Origin: Ginkgo biloba
Lineage: Eukaryota > Plantae > Ginkgophyta
NCBI GenBank assembly: GCA_024626585.2
Contig: JANKJI020000002.1
Coordinates: forward strand, 165,636,288 to 165,654,495
Length of the DNA: 18,208 bases
Direction: 5' to 3'
Shown: positions 1 through 10,458 of the stretch, piece by piece
Layout: each line of letters opens with the position of its first letter
Numbering within the stretch: position 1 is the first letter of the stretch
Position numbers and translations under genes: made by a program
The notes under the pieces: generated by a model
The model's database searches: none
Told to the model about the DNA's origin: nothing
What the model saw: the letters and a program-made list of their open reading frames with translations, nothing else

Positions 1-1754
1 AGCTAGACACCACACTGAGGAGAGCACTTGTCCGAATTAACCTTTTTCAACACATTTAAAATATGCAATAGAGAATCATTAAGAGATATTTATCTATACA
101 TTCAATATCAAGGATGACATGCACAATTATGGAGATTAATTGTACAAATGTATGCAAGTATTTATTTATGTTAAGATATGGTATAATATTTTAAAAACAA
201 GTATAGGCAAGATCATTAAGGTAGGACTGTTAGTACTAATGTAGACTTTTGGCAATGTGAACTCTAGCCTCTACTACTAGTCGTGGGGATGACCTAAAGG
301 GCTTACTATGTCGGCAACCAAACCTTAGGTGGCAATACAATACATACCGTCAGTGCTTAGTAGCTATTAATGATCTGGTAGACTCTGCCCCTTGACTCGA
401 TGCTAGGAAGGATGCCAGGTCTACTTTCAACCTTTGTTTGGCATTAGGATATCTTAACAGTTAGGTTCCCACCTTATTGGTAATTATTTACTTGTATTAA
501 GTACTGGTGGGGTCTACTTCAACCATATGACTATAGCCACAACCATATGACAATTAGCTATTGATAGGGTTTGCTAAACCATATGGGTATCATCATAGCC
601 ATATAACCAACCACCTTGAGGGTAAATCATGAGCACGTATCGAAACCCTCATCTCTAGGTATTTTTCAACCCATTGTCAGTTTAACTCTAAGAGTCATGC
701 ATATTAGCTAACAAGTATATCCAAAGAGATATCCATCGTCCCCCAATATATTCTCAACTAGCAAACTAGGTCACCCTTAGACTCCAAGATTAGGGTTGTT
801 GCAAATGTAGGGCAATCAGTTCGACATGGTGAAGGAATGGTCCTCTATATCAATTACTCATGCCATGCATCACAAAAACATTTATAGCCATGAATCAACC
901 ACAAAAAGCCCTAAGATGGAGATGCCCTACCCTATATGTGCCAATCATGCATAAAGATTTGTTTAACAAACCTATATTAATTTATGCATAGTTCAGAAAC
1001 TTAGGCACACACAATTTAGATTAATCTATCTACAAATACTTTGTATTAATTTGCAGCAATCTCAAAATACTTGTGCAAAACTAGGGTTTTTGAATACTCA
1101 CAAAATTTAGGGACTAACACGGTCAAAGTGCTTTGATTGAGATGCTAAAAATATATGCGAATGAAATTACCTTATTTCCAGCGCTGAAATTGGAGCTCTC
1201 TACAAATTAGCCTTCTACTAGGTCAAACATTGCATTCGAGGTGCCATGTAATCCTCCTAGATGCCTGTGTCATCTTTTAGGATAGTAGGAGCTACAAATG
1301 ATCATTATGGTCTTAAAACCTTTGCAAGGTGAGGCATCACCTTCCCAGCTCAAAAATAACTCCTTTATGTAGAAATTAGAAGCCTTAATCAAAATGTCAA
1401 ACTATGCAGTAGAAATTATGAAGCTTAAGGGAGTACATATCCCCTAAGCCAAATAGTAAGGAAACAAACCAGAAAGTTGTCCAACCCCTTGCAACTTCTG
1501 TATTTATAAGAAAACTAGGCTCATAACCTTCATAGAACAATGAGACTTGCTGTTGGTGATGCCCTAAAGCCAAACCCCCTTCCATGGAGTCGTTTGCCAT
1601 GTGTCATCCTATTGAATGTGCCTTATGAGGGTTAAATTGATGGGCCTTGCTTTGCTTCCCTTTCTCTCTTTTTATTACTTCCCTAGTTGGTGCTATCATT
1701 AGTTGTTATTATTAGCTCATTATACACGCACTAGGTTCACTGGTTAACTTAGCA
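1..1754 (-). mobile_element. 3' LTR (truncated by window edge) of a minus-strand Ty3/gypsy chromovirus
   Basis: On the minus strand it starts with TG at 1754, directly after a polypurine tract and the integrase/chromodomain relic. TATAAATA lies on the minus strand at 1501-1508. Degenerate internal repeats: AACCATATG at 521, 541, 577; GGTCTACTT(T)CAACC at ~418 and ~511. Blocks at 107-322 match the LTR end at 18093-18208. Confidence 0.7.
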
Positions 1755-1769
1755 TTCCCCCCCCTCTTC
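1755..1769 (-). other. Polypurine tract (PPT) of the minus-strand retrotransposon
   Basis: Minus strand reads GAAGAGGGGGGGGAA followed immediately by TG, downstream of the chromodomain. Confidence 0.8.
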
Positions 1770-1789
1770 AAGGTAAATCTGCTTGGATT

Positions 1790-2400
1790 TACTTACCTAT
1801 AACATCTCTTGCTATGCTACAGAGATCAATGTCCTCAATGAGGTTGATTTCTCAAACTAGAATTGGCTAGTCTTATGTTGCTTCTTCACTTGGCTCGATT
1901 AATTGTTTCACTACATATTCTTGATTTTTTAATTCTAATATCCCTCATAGGATCATGCACATTTTCGTCTTACTTTTCGAAAATAGGCCTTACTTGATTA
2001 AATCTTGATAAAGGTTCCTTAAATGAAAAACCATGTGCATCTTATAATGTGCAATTTCATTTATTCCATCTAGTACTTGGAACAATTCTAAAATTTTGGT
2101 GAGAGCTTTGCACATCTCCTTATAATAAGGGACTATCATATCTCCCACTACTATTATAGGCAACCTAAGCAACCACGGATATTATTTGATATGACCTTAA
2201 GATCTCAAACATTTATATCAATAGTTGAGTTTTCCCTACTTAAAATTCTATAAATGTTAATAAAATAAGGGTTGATACCCATTTATCAATTTAAATGGCA
2301 TCCTATCAATTGCTAAAGTTAGTTTTCCATTAAATGTGAATTTCTAAAGGAAAAACTTTTCTTTATTTACTTGGTCGCTACCCTGCAATCTTTTTTAAAA
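1790..2400 (-). pseudogene. Degenerate Ty3/gypsy integrase C-terminus (GPY/F region) plus chromodomain
   Basis: Minus-strand pieces with frameshifts and stops: VAYNSS, VGDM, KLSPKF/..FQVLDGINEIA-YK..HMVFHLRNL (GPF/Y module), and QEYVVKQLIEPSEEAT*D (chromodomain EYLVKW..EEATWE-like, ~1870-1925). Weak pol similarity may extend to ~2950. Confidence 0.75.
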
Positions 2401-3735
2401 GTAAACATAGATTTACTAACCTTTTTGGCGTAAGAAATATTAGATGAGGAGGATCTATTCTATCAAAATCATCCTACAATGACAACATATTCTCTATAAG
2501 GGATGCTATTAAATATTATACTTCATTCTTTTTCCTGGAGTTCATCTTATATTTGATCCAATTGTTTTATGTGGAACCTATAGGTTAATGCTCACTATTT
2601 TCTCATTCTTGGATGAATCACATATTTCCCATTTCATCTCTTTAATCATTTCATATGCTAGCCTAAATAAGATTGTCTTACTCTTCATCTTATCCATTTC
2701 TTGCTATGATTAGGTTCTACAATCTATTCATTTTTTGGGTAGCCATTATTCCTATATTATTACGTACTTTTTCTTATGTGGATTTTTAATAACTTTAAAT
2801 TATTTTACTTTAATTTCTTTTCAGGGAAGTGGAGACCCCTTTTTATGAGGCATCTTTTTTTTATTAGAACTTTTTACGCTCGCCTTCAAGCATTTTTACC
2901 AGTTCCTTTTGTCATGAAATATCTAGTCTTCACATTTATATCTTTACTTGAGNNNNNNNNNNNNNNNNNNNNNNNNNNNNNNNNNNNNNNNNNNNNNNNN
3001 NNNNNNNNNNNNNNNNNNNNNNNNNNNNNNNNNNNNNNNNNNNNNNNNNNNNNNNNNNNNNNNNNNNNNNNNNNNNNNNNNNNNNNNNNNNNNNNNNNNN
3101 NNNNNNNNNNNNNNNNNNNNNNNNNNNNNNNNNNNNNNNNNNNNNNNNNNNNNNNNNNNNNNNNNNNNNNNNNNNNNNNNNNNNNNNNNNNNNNNNNNNN
3201 NNNNNNNNNNNNNNNNNNNNNNNNNNNNNNNNNNNNNNNNNNNNNNNNNNNNNNNNNNNNNNNNNNNNNNNNNNNNNNNNNNNNNNNNNNNNNNNNNNNN
3301 NNNNNNNNNNNNNNNNNNNNNNNNNNNNNNNNNNNNNNNNNNNNNNNNNNNNNNNNNNNNNNNNNNNNNNNNNNNNNNNNNNNNNNNNNNNNNNNNNNNN
3401 NNNNNNNNNNNNNNNNNNNNNNNNNNNNNNNNNNNNNNNNNNNNNNNNNNNNNNNNNNNNNNNNNNNNNNNNNNNNNNNNNNNNNNNNNNNNNNNNNNNN
3501 NNNNNNNNNNNNNNNNNNNNNNNNNNNNNNNNNNNNNNNNNNNNNNNNNNNNNNNNNNNNNNNNNNNNNNNNNNNNNNNNNNNNNNNNNNNNNNNNNNNN
3601 NNNNNNNNNNNNNNNNNNNNNNNNNNNNNNNNNNNNNNNNNNNNNNNNNNNNNNNNNNNNNNNNNNNNNNNNNNNNNNNNNNNNNNNNNNNNNNNNNNNN
3701 NNNNNNNNNNNAGAAGGAGAGCCAAGTGTAGTGGA

Positions 3736-3773
3736 GGTCCCGATTGTTACTGCCGGTCCCGATTGTTACTGCC
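3736..3773. repeat. Perfect 19-bp tandem duplication GGTCCCGATTGTTACTGCC x2
   Basis: Read directly: 3736-3754 and 3755-3773, followed by a partial ATACTGCC. Confidence 0.95.
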
Positions 3774-5557
3774 ATACTGCCAGGTAACCACTTTAGGTTC
3801 GGTAGTTGTTCCCCAAAACAATCCACACAAACCAAAAACACAGGAGGCAGAGATGACTCGAGAGGAGAACTCCACCCTAGTTAGATCACCGATCGAACCT
3901 AGAGTAGCTTGCAAACCCACGAAGCAAAAAAAGCCTTTGAACAGAGTTGAGAGGCACACCAAACCTAGATTATGGAAAAAACCAACAACATATGGAGTTG
4001 TCATTGTTATCGCCATACTGCCTGGTTTCAAACGGAGGCAGAGATGGGCTCCAAGCGAATGACTCCGCACTTGTGAGCCCTCCATAATCAACTAGAAAAC
4101 CTCCAAACCAATGGAGGCCCCAAACCTTTGAACGAGTCACGAGAACGAAGGAACAAACCACTTTAAGCAAACCAACAAACCTGCAAACTCTGAAAGAACC
4201 AGAGAACGAACATGCACTGAGTTGAATTACAAAAGGCTAGGAGCAGCTCAATCGAGCCAAATTGCGGTCAACAATGGAGCAGAGCCAGGAGCAAACTCAA
4301 CCACACCCTTGAATGTGATAGAACTTTAACAGGGAGTGCAGGAAAAGAGTTTTAGCGAAGTGGAGAGGAACCACTCGGGTCTCCACAGAAGACATAAAAC
4401 TGTGAAGCCACCAGAGAGGGCCAAAACACTTTAACGGGCTAGCAAGACCATAATGCAAAGAGAGATCGTCATTGAAGACTACAGGAAGCACAGAGGTTTA
4501 AAAGGAGCTCAAGTAGAGGGCGGCCTCATGAACCTACACACCAAGTGAGGACGAAACCAAAGACAGTAGTTGTTGGCCAGACACACCATTGGAACAATTN
4601 NNNNNNNNNNNNNNNNNNNNNNNNNNNNNNNNNNNNNATAAGAGTAGCCATAAGCCTAAATGCAACGAACGTAACTAACAAGACGGGAGAGCTCTCTGCA
4701 ACAAAAATGGAAGGATTGGGGAGGCTAGTAAGCCGAAAATGAGGTTCAATTGGTCACAGCGATCCCCTCAAGGCAAAAAACCACAACTCCTAGAACTGGT
4801 GAACGAAAGCGACGCCAAATCCTCTACAGGGCCAAACCTTAGTAGGGCCTNNNNNNNNNNNNNNNNNNNNNNNNTATTCATCATCCGCATTGATACATTT
4901 GTTGCCATAAATAGTCAATCATAATTGTATGCTTGCAAAAAGATATACTCAACAAGCAACAACAAATATAAACTTTTCCATTCTCTTCCATTATCAGAAC
5001 ATTGATACCATTAACTATGGAAGACTAAAATAAGCAATGTGATTTGCAAGGAAGGATCATAACCTTTAACACATGTCATTGAACATTTGTGTGCTTGTTG
5101 ACTTATCATTTTTCAACAACCCCCCCCTGCCCTTCCCCCAAACAAACAAAAAGAAGCTTATAGAGGCATCTATAATTGTCTTGTCCTCCCTTTTTATTTG
5201 ATATAATTAAGGGTGGAAATACAAACTTTTTTTCCTAGGGAATGCTTGCCTTGGAATTTTGCACAACAATAGCCACCTAAAAAGAGATGCAATTCCTTAG
5301 GGATGCCTTTTATCTATTATTTATTATAATCAAATTTATGCAAGTTATAAGTGGTATCCCAAGACCATTTTGATAAGTCTGACCAATGAGGGAGACATTC
5401 ATCTTTTACAACATTTGAGGTTTTACTTGAGATAATTTGCGAGAATCTCACTAATTTCTAAATCATTTACATGGCCATCGACAAAAGCTCTTTTGCCCCA
5501 ATTCTTTACCAAAACATTCGATTTAAAGCGAAGGCTTAACATTTCAAATGTATTTGC

Positions 5558-5931
5558 ATGGTCACATGGCCGACGAGGAGAATCTACATTCCTAAACCTG
5601 ATTCAATGGATAAATGCCCACTCATGATTCTGAATCCCCATGACAAGATCATTATGAAGTCAATGGTGATGGTTCTTGAAAACATCTTTGAACCAATCTT
5701 CTTGCCATGTTCTCACGGTTTTAGGTTGGGTTGCCATACAGTTTTCCTAGAGATGCTAGAAAATTGGAAGGGCACAAGAACAATTGTCAATGTTGACGTA
5801 GTGAAATATTTTGATAACATTTCTCATACTCGGTTATTGGACCAATTGAGGCATTATATAGACGATGAGCCCTTCTTGAGGCTAATGGATAAAATGATTA
5901 AGGTCTCTATAGAAGACGAGGATGGCAATGA
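5558..5931 (+). pseudogene. Group II intron-type reverse transcriptase/maturase fragment (RT1 to RT3 region)
   Basis: RRIYIPKP..DKCPLMILNPHDKII..MVLENIFEPIFLPCSHGFRLGCHT...WKG....VDVVKYFDNISHTRLLDQLRHYIDDEPFLRLMDK matches the group II RT pattern RRxxIPK/RPLxIP/DKI/LExIFEPxF..SHGFRPGRxCH/DxxKxFDxIxH/IxD.xFxxL. It runs into an N gap at 5932, before the GxPQG and YADD motifs. Confidence 0.9.
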
Positions 5932-6256
5932 NNNNNNNNNNNNNNNNNNNNNNNNNNNNNNNNNNNNNNNNNNNNNNNNNNNNNNNNNNNNNNNNNNNNN
6001 NNNNNNNNNNNNNNNNNNNNNNNNNNNNNNNAGTTTTACCTTCATATTTTTTTTTATGAGTGTAACTTTTGAGTTGGGACCTACCTTTAAGCTACTTTCA
6101 CTAGTGTGCCCACGCCCATTAGAGGGTATCATTTCAATGTGGAACCCACTATAATTGATTTTTCTCACTTTCATTTCATAAAGTCAACCTACCCTCATAT
6201 TTTCTTGAAGGTTACTTTTATGTTATAAAGTGACTTTTATTTTGAAAGGGAAGAGT

Positions 6257-6812
6257 TGTGAACCTATGACCACCTACACTTTTAAACTTGTGAAGGATTC
6301 AGAGGCTCCAAATCAGATGTAACCACTGAATCAACAAATACAACTGAGGATTATGAAGGGAATGGCTTCATAAGCAGTTGGCGAAGCAGTTGCCATGAAC
6401 AAAGAGGGGAGAAATCGAATTAAAGGGGCAATTTTTTGCGTTCTTCTCTTGGTTATAATTTTCGGAAGCTTGAAGTTGGAATTTGAATTTTGTAATTCTT
6501 GTAAAGTGATCCTAGTGTGAGGTAGCAAGTTCTGTGCACTCTAGTATTATTTCCTGATTAAGGGGACAAAAGCTCTAGAAATTAGTGGATGTTGATTCCA
6601 CTTGATACTTGTTGTAAAGCTCTACAAAGCACTCTGTTTTTACTTCTTCTGTGAAGGCAATCATTTTCTTTATGATTGTAACTTGTAAATGTGAGTTCAA
6701 ATAATTGTAATTTGCTTTTGTTGTACACTTTTTGGGTTTGGATAAACTCTCAAGAACTTGACTAGCAAGGCAAATTCTATCTACATGATGAGGATTCTGT
6801 GTCAGACCAACA
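6257..6812 (+). mobile_element. Probable LTR of a Tat/Athila-like (non-chromovirus) gypsy element
   Basis: Begins TGTGAACC just after the purine run GAAAGGGAAGAG (6244-6255). Ends ...GACCAACA, followed by PBS-like TTGGC (6813-6817) and then gag-like sequence. Confidence 0.55.
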
Positions 6813-6939
6813 TTGGCTGATGAGAACTTAGAAAATGAGATAGAAGAAGAATACGACGATGTTCTATCAGACACCAATGAATTCAGTGATGAAGAAATTG
6901 AGGAAGAGATAGAGCTCAAAGGCATAACTACAAACAATT

Positions 6940-7670
6940 ATGAAATTCATAGACACCAAAGAGGAAAGAACTGCTCAACAACATGTTAAATAATGTATTC
7001 AAACATGGATGGAAAACTATTTTTGGGAAAAACCTAAGTAGAAAACAATGTTTCCCTTAACCCTTGGGGGACCTATAGTCAATTGGTATCTCACACAGGG
7101 GNNNNNNNNNNNNNNNNNNNNNNNNNNNNNNNNNNNNNNNNNNNNNNNNNNNNNNNNNNNNNNNNNNNNNNNNNNNNNNNNNNNNNNNNNNNNNNNNNNN
7201 NCTACAAATCCGTATGCAAACTATTCTGAAATTCACAAACACAATAAAGGAAACCGATGCTCAACAACATGTCGAACATTGTATTTGAACAAGGGTGAAA
7301 AACCATTTCTCGAAAAAAATGACATGGAAAATGATGTTTCCCTTAACTCTTGAAGGACCTACATTCAATCAATATTTCGCACATAAGGGCAAGTTTCATG
7401 ATGGGGGTGATCTTCAACATTACTTCAAATTGGGATTTGATAATAAGCAACAACCACAATTGCCTAAATATTTCACAAAACTTACAACTTTAGATCACCT
7501 AACAATATGTAAACGTACATGGCAAAAATATAGTATACTTAGAAAGGAATGGGTACATTGATGTGCATGCTCCCTTCCAAAGGAGTGTTAACAATGGTAT
7601 TGTTAACAAGAAATATGGAGGAAAGTAATGTGGATTGAAATGAAACACAACTTCATCAAATATTGTGACA
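6940..7670 (+). pseudogene. Degenerate retrotransposon gag with three tandem capsid-like modules
   Basis: Module 1: KFIDTKEERTAQQHVK*CIQTW...MFPLTLGGPIVNWY. Module 2: KFTNTIKETDAQQHVEHCI*T...WKMMFPLTLEGPTFNQY..DLQHYFKLGF. Module 3: PKYFTKLTTLDHLTICKRTW...EWVH*CACSLPKEC*QWY..WIEMKHNFIK. Each resembles the Retrotrans_gag F.xSL.G.A..WY....W..L...F pattern. Confidence 0.75.
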
Positions 7671-7929
7671 TTAAGAATCACCAAGCCCCACTTACAGTAG
7701 CCAAAAGATCACAAGAACTATGATGCTAAAACATGACATCAGTAAGTGACATACCATTAGAAGATGGCGAACGAACATAACTAGATATACCACTAAACGA
7801 TCTCTTACCCAACACACAGTATCCTTAAGGTTTCTTGAAGGTGGAATATGGATTATGTAAGATTGGTGACACTCTCGTCCATACACTCACCCTAGATAAG
7901 AAAGTCATGCACTTCTAGGTCTTGAAAAT

Positions 7930-8270
7930 TGGAAAGATCAACATAGGGACATAAAACAAACCTCAACATATTATTATGGGTGACTATTAGGATACCCCAA
8001 TCGTGACACAAGAAACGACCCTCTTCCAAGAATACTAGGACACATTCACTTGGTCGTATTAAGATCTTAAGGGTATCTCTCCATATGGGGCAAAATGGGG
8101 CAAAACCAAAAAGACAAAGACCATATTGGATGAATCCTTGCTACAAAGAACAAGTCAAAATTGAGTGCTATTGGCATAGTCCACAAGAAAAATAGAGTAT
8201 GTGTCGACTATCGAGAATTGAATAAGGTGACAAAGAAGGACACGTTCCCTCTACCATAAGGGATAAAGTT
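7930..8270 (+). pseudogene. Degenerate RT N-terminus, Tat-like Ty3/gypsy
   Basis: KINIGT*NKPQHIIMGDY*D...LFQEY*DTFTWSY*DLKGI, AKPKRQRPYWMNP, RVCVDYRELNKVTKKDTFPLP. Internal deletions are present, and a 10-bp duplication ATGGGGCAAA x2 (8085-8104) sits at one junction. Confidence 0.85.
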
Positions 8271-8329
8271 TTCCGTATATGACATTTAGTCCCATAAAGG
8301 AGGCAACAATTCAATAAGTTCCTACAAGT

Positions 8330-9085
8330 TGATGGACAAAGAAGACAATTGACCCAACAAGAATTGGAAGAAAAAATGTTTGAGAAACCTCTATTACAAT
8401 TGCAATGAACCATGGAAAATAGACCACAATGGACTCTCCAAAAATAAATAGAGGAAGTTCTACATGGTTGAGGCACCTGAGGCATTTAACCTAGAACTAG
8501 AAATCCAACACCTATCTGAACTTAAGAAGAATTGCCAGCACCAGAGAATCAACAAGATTCCCAGCATGATGATTATGACCTTACTGAAAAATTGCCCATA
8601 GAAATGGAATGTGGAAATGTCATTGTCGGCAACGATAAGAATTCAAAGGCTAGAAACGTTCAAAGTGCATGGCTTCATTATGAAATCAAAACTATCTATC
8701 ATAGTAGACTCAAAAGCACTTACAACTTCATTGATTTAAGAAAAGTAAAATAGTTGGGGATATATGTCAATCAAATGAATCTCTTCCAAGTTGTTGCCCC
8801 AGGACACAAATGGCTAACATGTGTAGTCGAAAACATCACCCTTGCAATGGGCAACTACTCTAAACTCAAGTTTTTCTTGCTTTACCCATCGATGGCGTTG
8901 ACACAATCCTTGGCATCTAATGGCGTAAGAGCACTTGGTATGTATGGAACCAACCATGATGATAATTTTACAAAATTCAATCTTTATGGAATAAAGTACG
9001 CTACATATGGTACATGCGGTCCACCAAATCAAATAGCGAATTCGAAGAAGGTGAATAACATCCTTAGAAAGGGTCACATTAGATT
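8330..9085 (+). pseudogene. Degenerate chromovirus gag C-terminus (zinc knuckle-like) and aspartic protease
   Basis: LTQQELEEK..NLYYNCNEPWKIDH; TFKVHGFI..KLSIIVDS/KSTYNFID (decayed D-S-G-STHNFI); ..PIDGVDTILGI*W-RALG. Confidence 0.85.
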
Positions 9086-10458
9086 TGTAACATGAGCGTG
9101 TTCCATGGAGTTGCAACTAGAACAAGAAGCCAATCACTAAACTCAAAAGAACATACATCGGGGCAAAAGCAAGCCTTATAAGTACTTTTCCATAGGCGTT
9201 TTGTAAGTATAGTAATTTGGAGATGGATATTCAGAGCAACATGTGTGGTGCTAGGGATGACAGTAACTTCAACACGAAACTTGGAAAGACAGGCCAGAAT
9301 AATTCTGGAATGCGAACCACGTCTAGGATCAGAAGCAAAACCCCTCCTGTACGACGCGGAAGATTCACCATGTATACCTCCTATCAGCCCCCCTCTGATA
9401 ATCAGTCCAAAGGGAACGATGACNNNNNNNNNNNNNNNNNNNNNNNNNNNNNNNNNNNNNNNNNNNNNNNNNNNNNNNNNNNNNNNNNNNNNNNNNNNNN
9501 NNNNNNNNNNNNNNNNNNNNNNNTTCTTTGTGATGCCAGGGGTAGGGTCTTTAATCTTTTTAACCAAATCTCGAACTAAAATTTGGATTGCTTTGGTTGT
9601 AAATGTAGGTCTTCAAGTGTCATGGTTATGGAGCTTGCAATCCTATTTTTCCAATCCTTCCTTAAATACCTTTATACGATCACTCCAATCCAACTTAATG
9701 TGTCTGTTTGGAAGAGTCAGCCCATGTCGGTTGTGGAATGATGTGGAGTGATGTGTAAGTGGACTGATTATTTGTTGGAACCTGTACTCCTATATCCCTT
9801 GTATCTTTCATAACTATTGTTGGTTCCTTGGGTGGACTCGTTGAGGAGGTAATTGGCACTTCTTCTGCTATTGGTGCCTTTCTTTTCTTCCTTCTTTCTT
9901 CTTCCAAAAAAATCTTGTAGTACTGGCTCTTGGCCAGTGAGTGGTTCCTTGTCTTTCATGTCAACTTCTATACTAATTTCCTTTGCTACAACTGTTGCCT
10001 TTTCCTCATATCCTGGCAATAACCATTGTAATACCTTTTGCATTTATTTCATCAACAAAACTACATCCTCCCCTTGAATTATCCCTTTGGAAAAACACAA
10101 AGACCAACCAATAATACGCAAAAATTCGGAGGCATCATCAATAAGGGGCAAGTCCACCTCTGGGCATTTGGCCATCATGAGTCTCATGAAAATTATCGAA
10201 AAGAAAAATGATGTTGTTGTAGGAGCGTCATATACTTTTTAATAATGTCATAATTCAAAACCATATGTAAGCACACCAATTGTAACGCATGCCAGACTTT
10301 ACCTCTCGGATGGATGAGCGTAGTTGGGTTGGTATATGAGCATACTTTTGGTAGCCAAGCAACTTCACGATCATCATGTTTGTTATCCACTATAATTTTG
10401 GATCCTGTAATCTCTCAATGTGTACTCCTGAGGTCGAAGCGTCGGACATATTGTTACA
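9086..10458 (-). mobile_element. Inserted segment with TGTAACA...TGTTACA ends carrying a decayed antisense ORF
   Basis: Interrupts pol between the protease and the RT connection domain. 7-bp inverted termini at 9086-9092 and 10452-10458; flanks are AGATT / AAATT. Minus-strand coding-like frames are present (GVHIERLQDPKL*WITNMMIVKLLG..SGMRYNWCAYIWF; KKRKAP; IKVFKEGLEK). Contains an N gap (~9424-9523). Confidence 0.55.

Noticed and set aside
418-610. Spaced short repeats as a CRISPR-like array beside an RT
   Set aside because: The repeats are short and degenerate with irregular spacing, lie within an LTR in eukaryotic DNA, and have no cas genes nearby.
2776-4062. Long ORFs spanning N runs (also 12744-13574, 15433-15741, 14495-14887)
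   Set aside because: Artefacts of translating through assembly gaps; the sequenced parts show no recognisable protein.
6032-6154. C-terminal part of the 198-aa ORF as a continuation of the group II RT
   Set aside because: After the gap there is no PQG/YADD similarity; the sequence looks like non-coding retroelement DNA leading to a PPT.
6575-6937. Serine-rich 120-aa minus-strand ORF
   Set aside because: Antisense shadow of the acidic gag N-terminal region plus LTR sequence.
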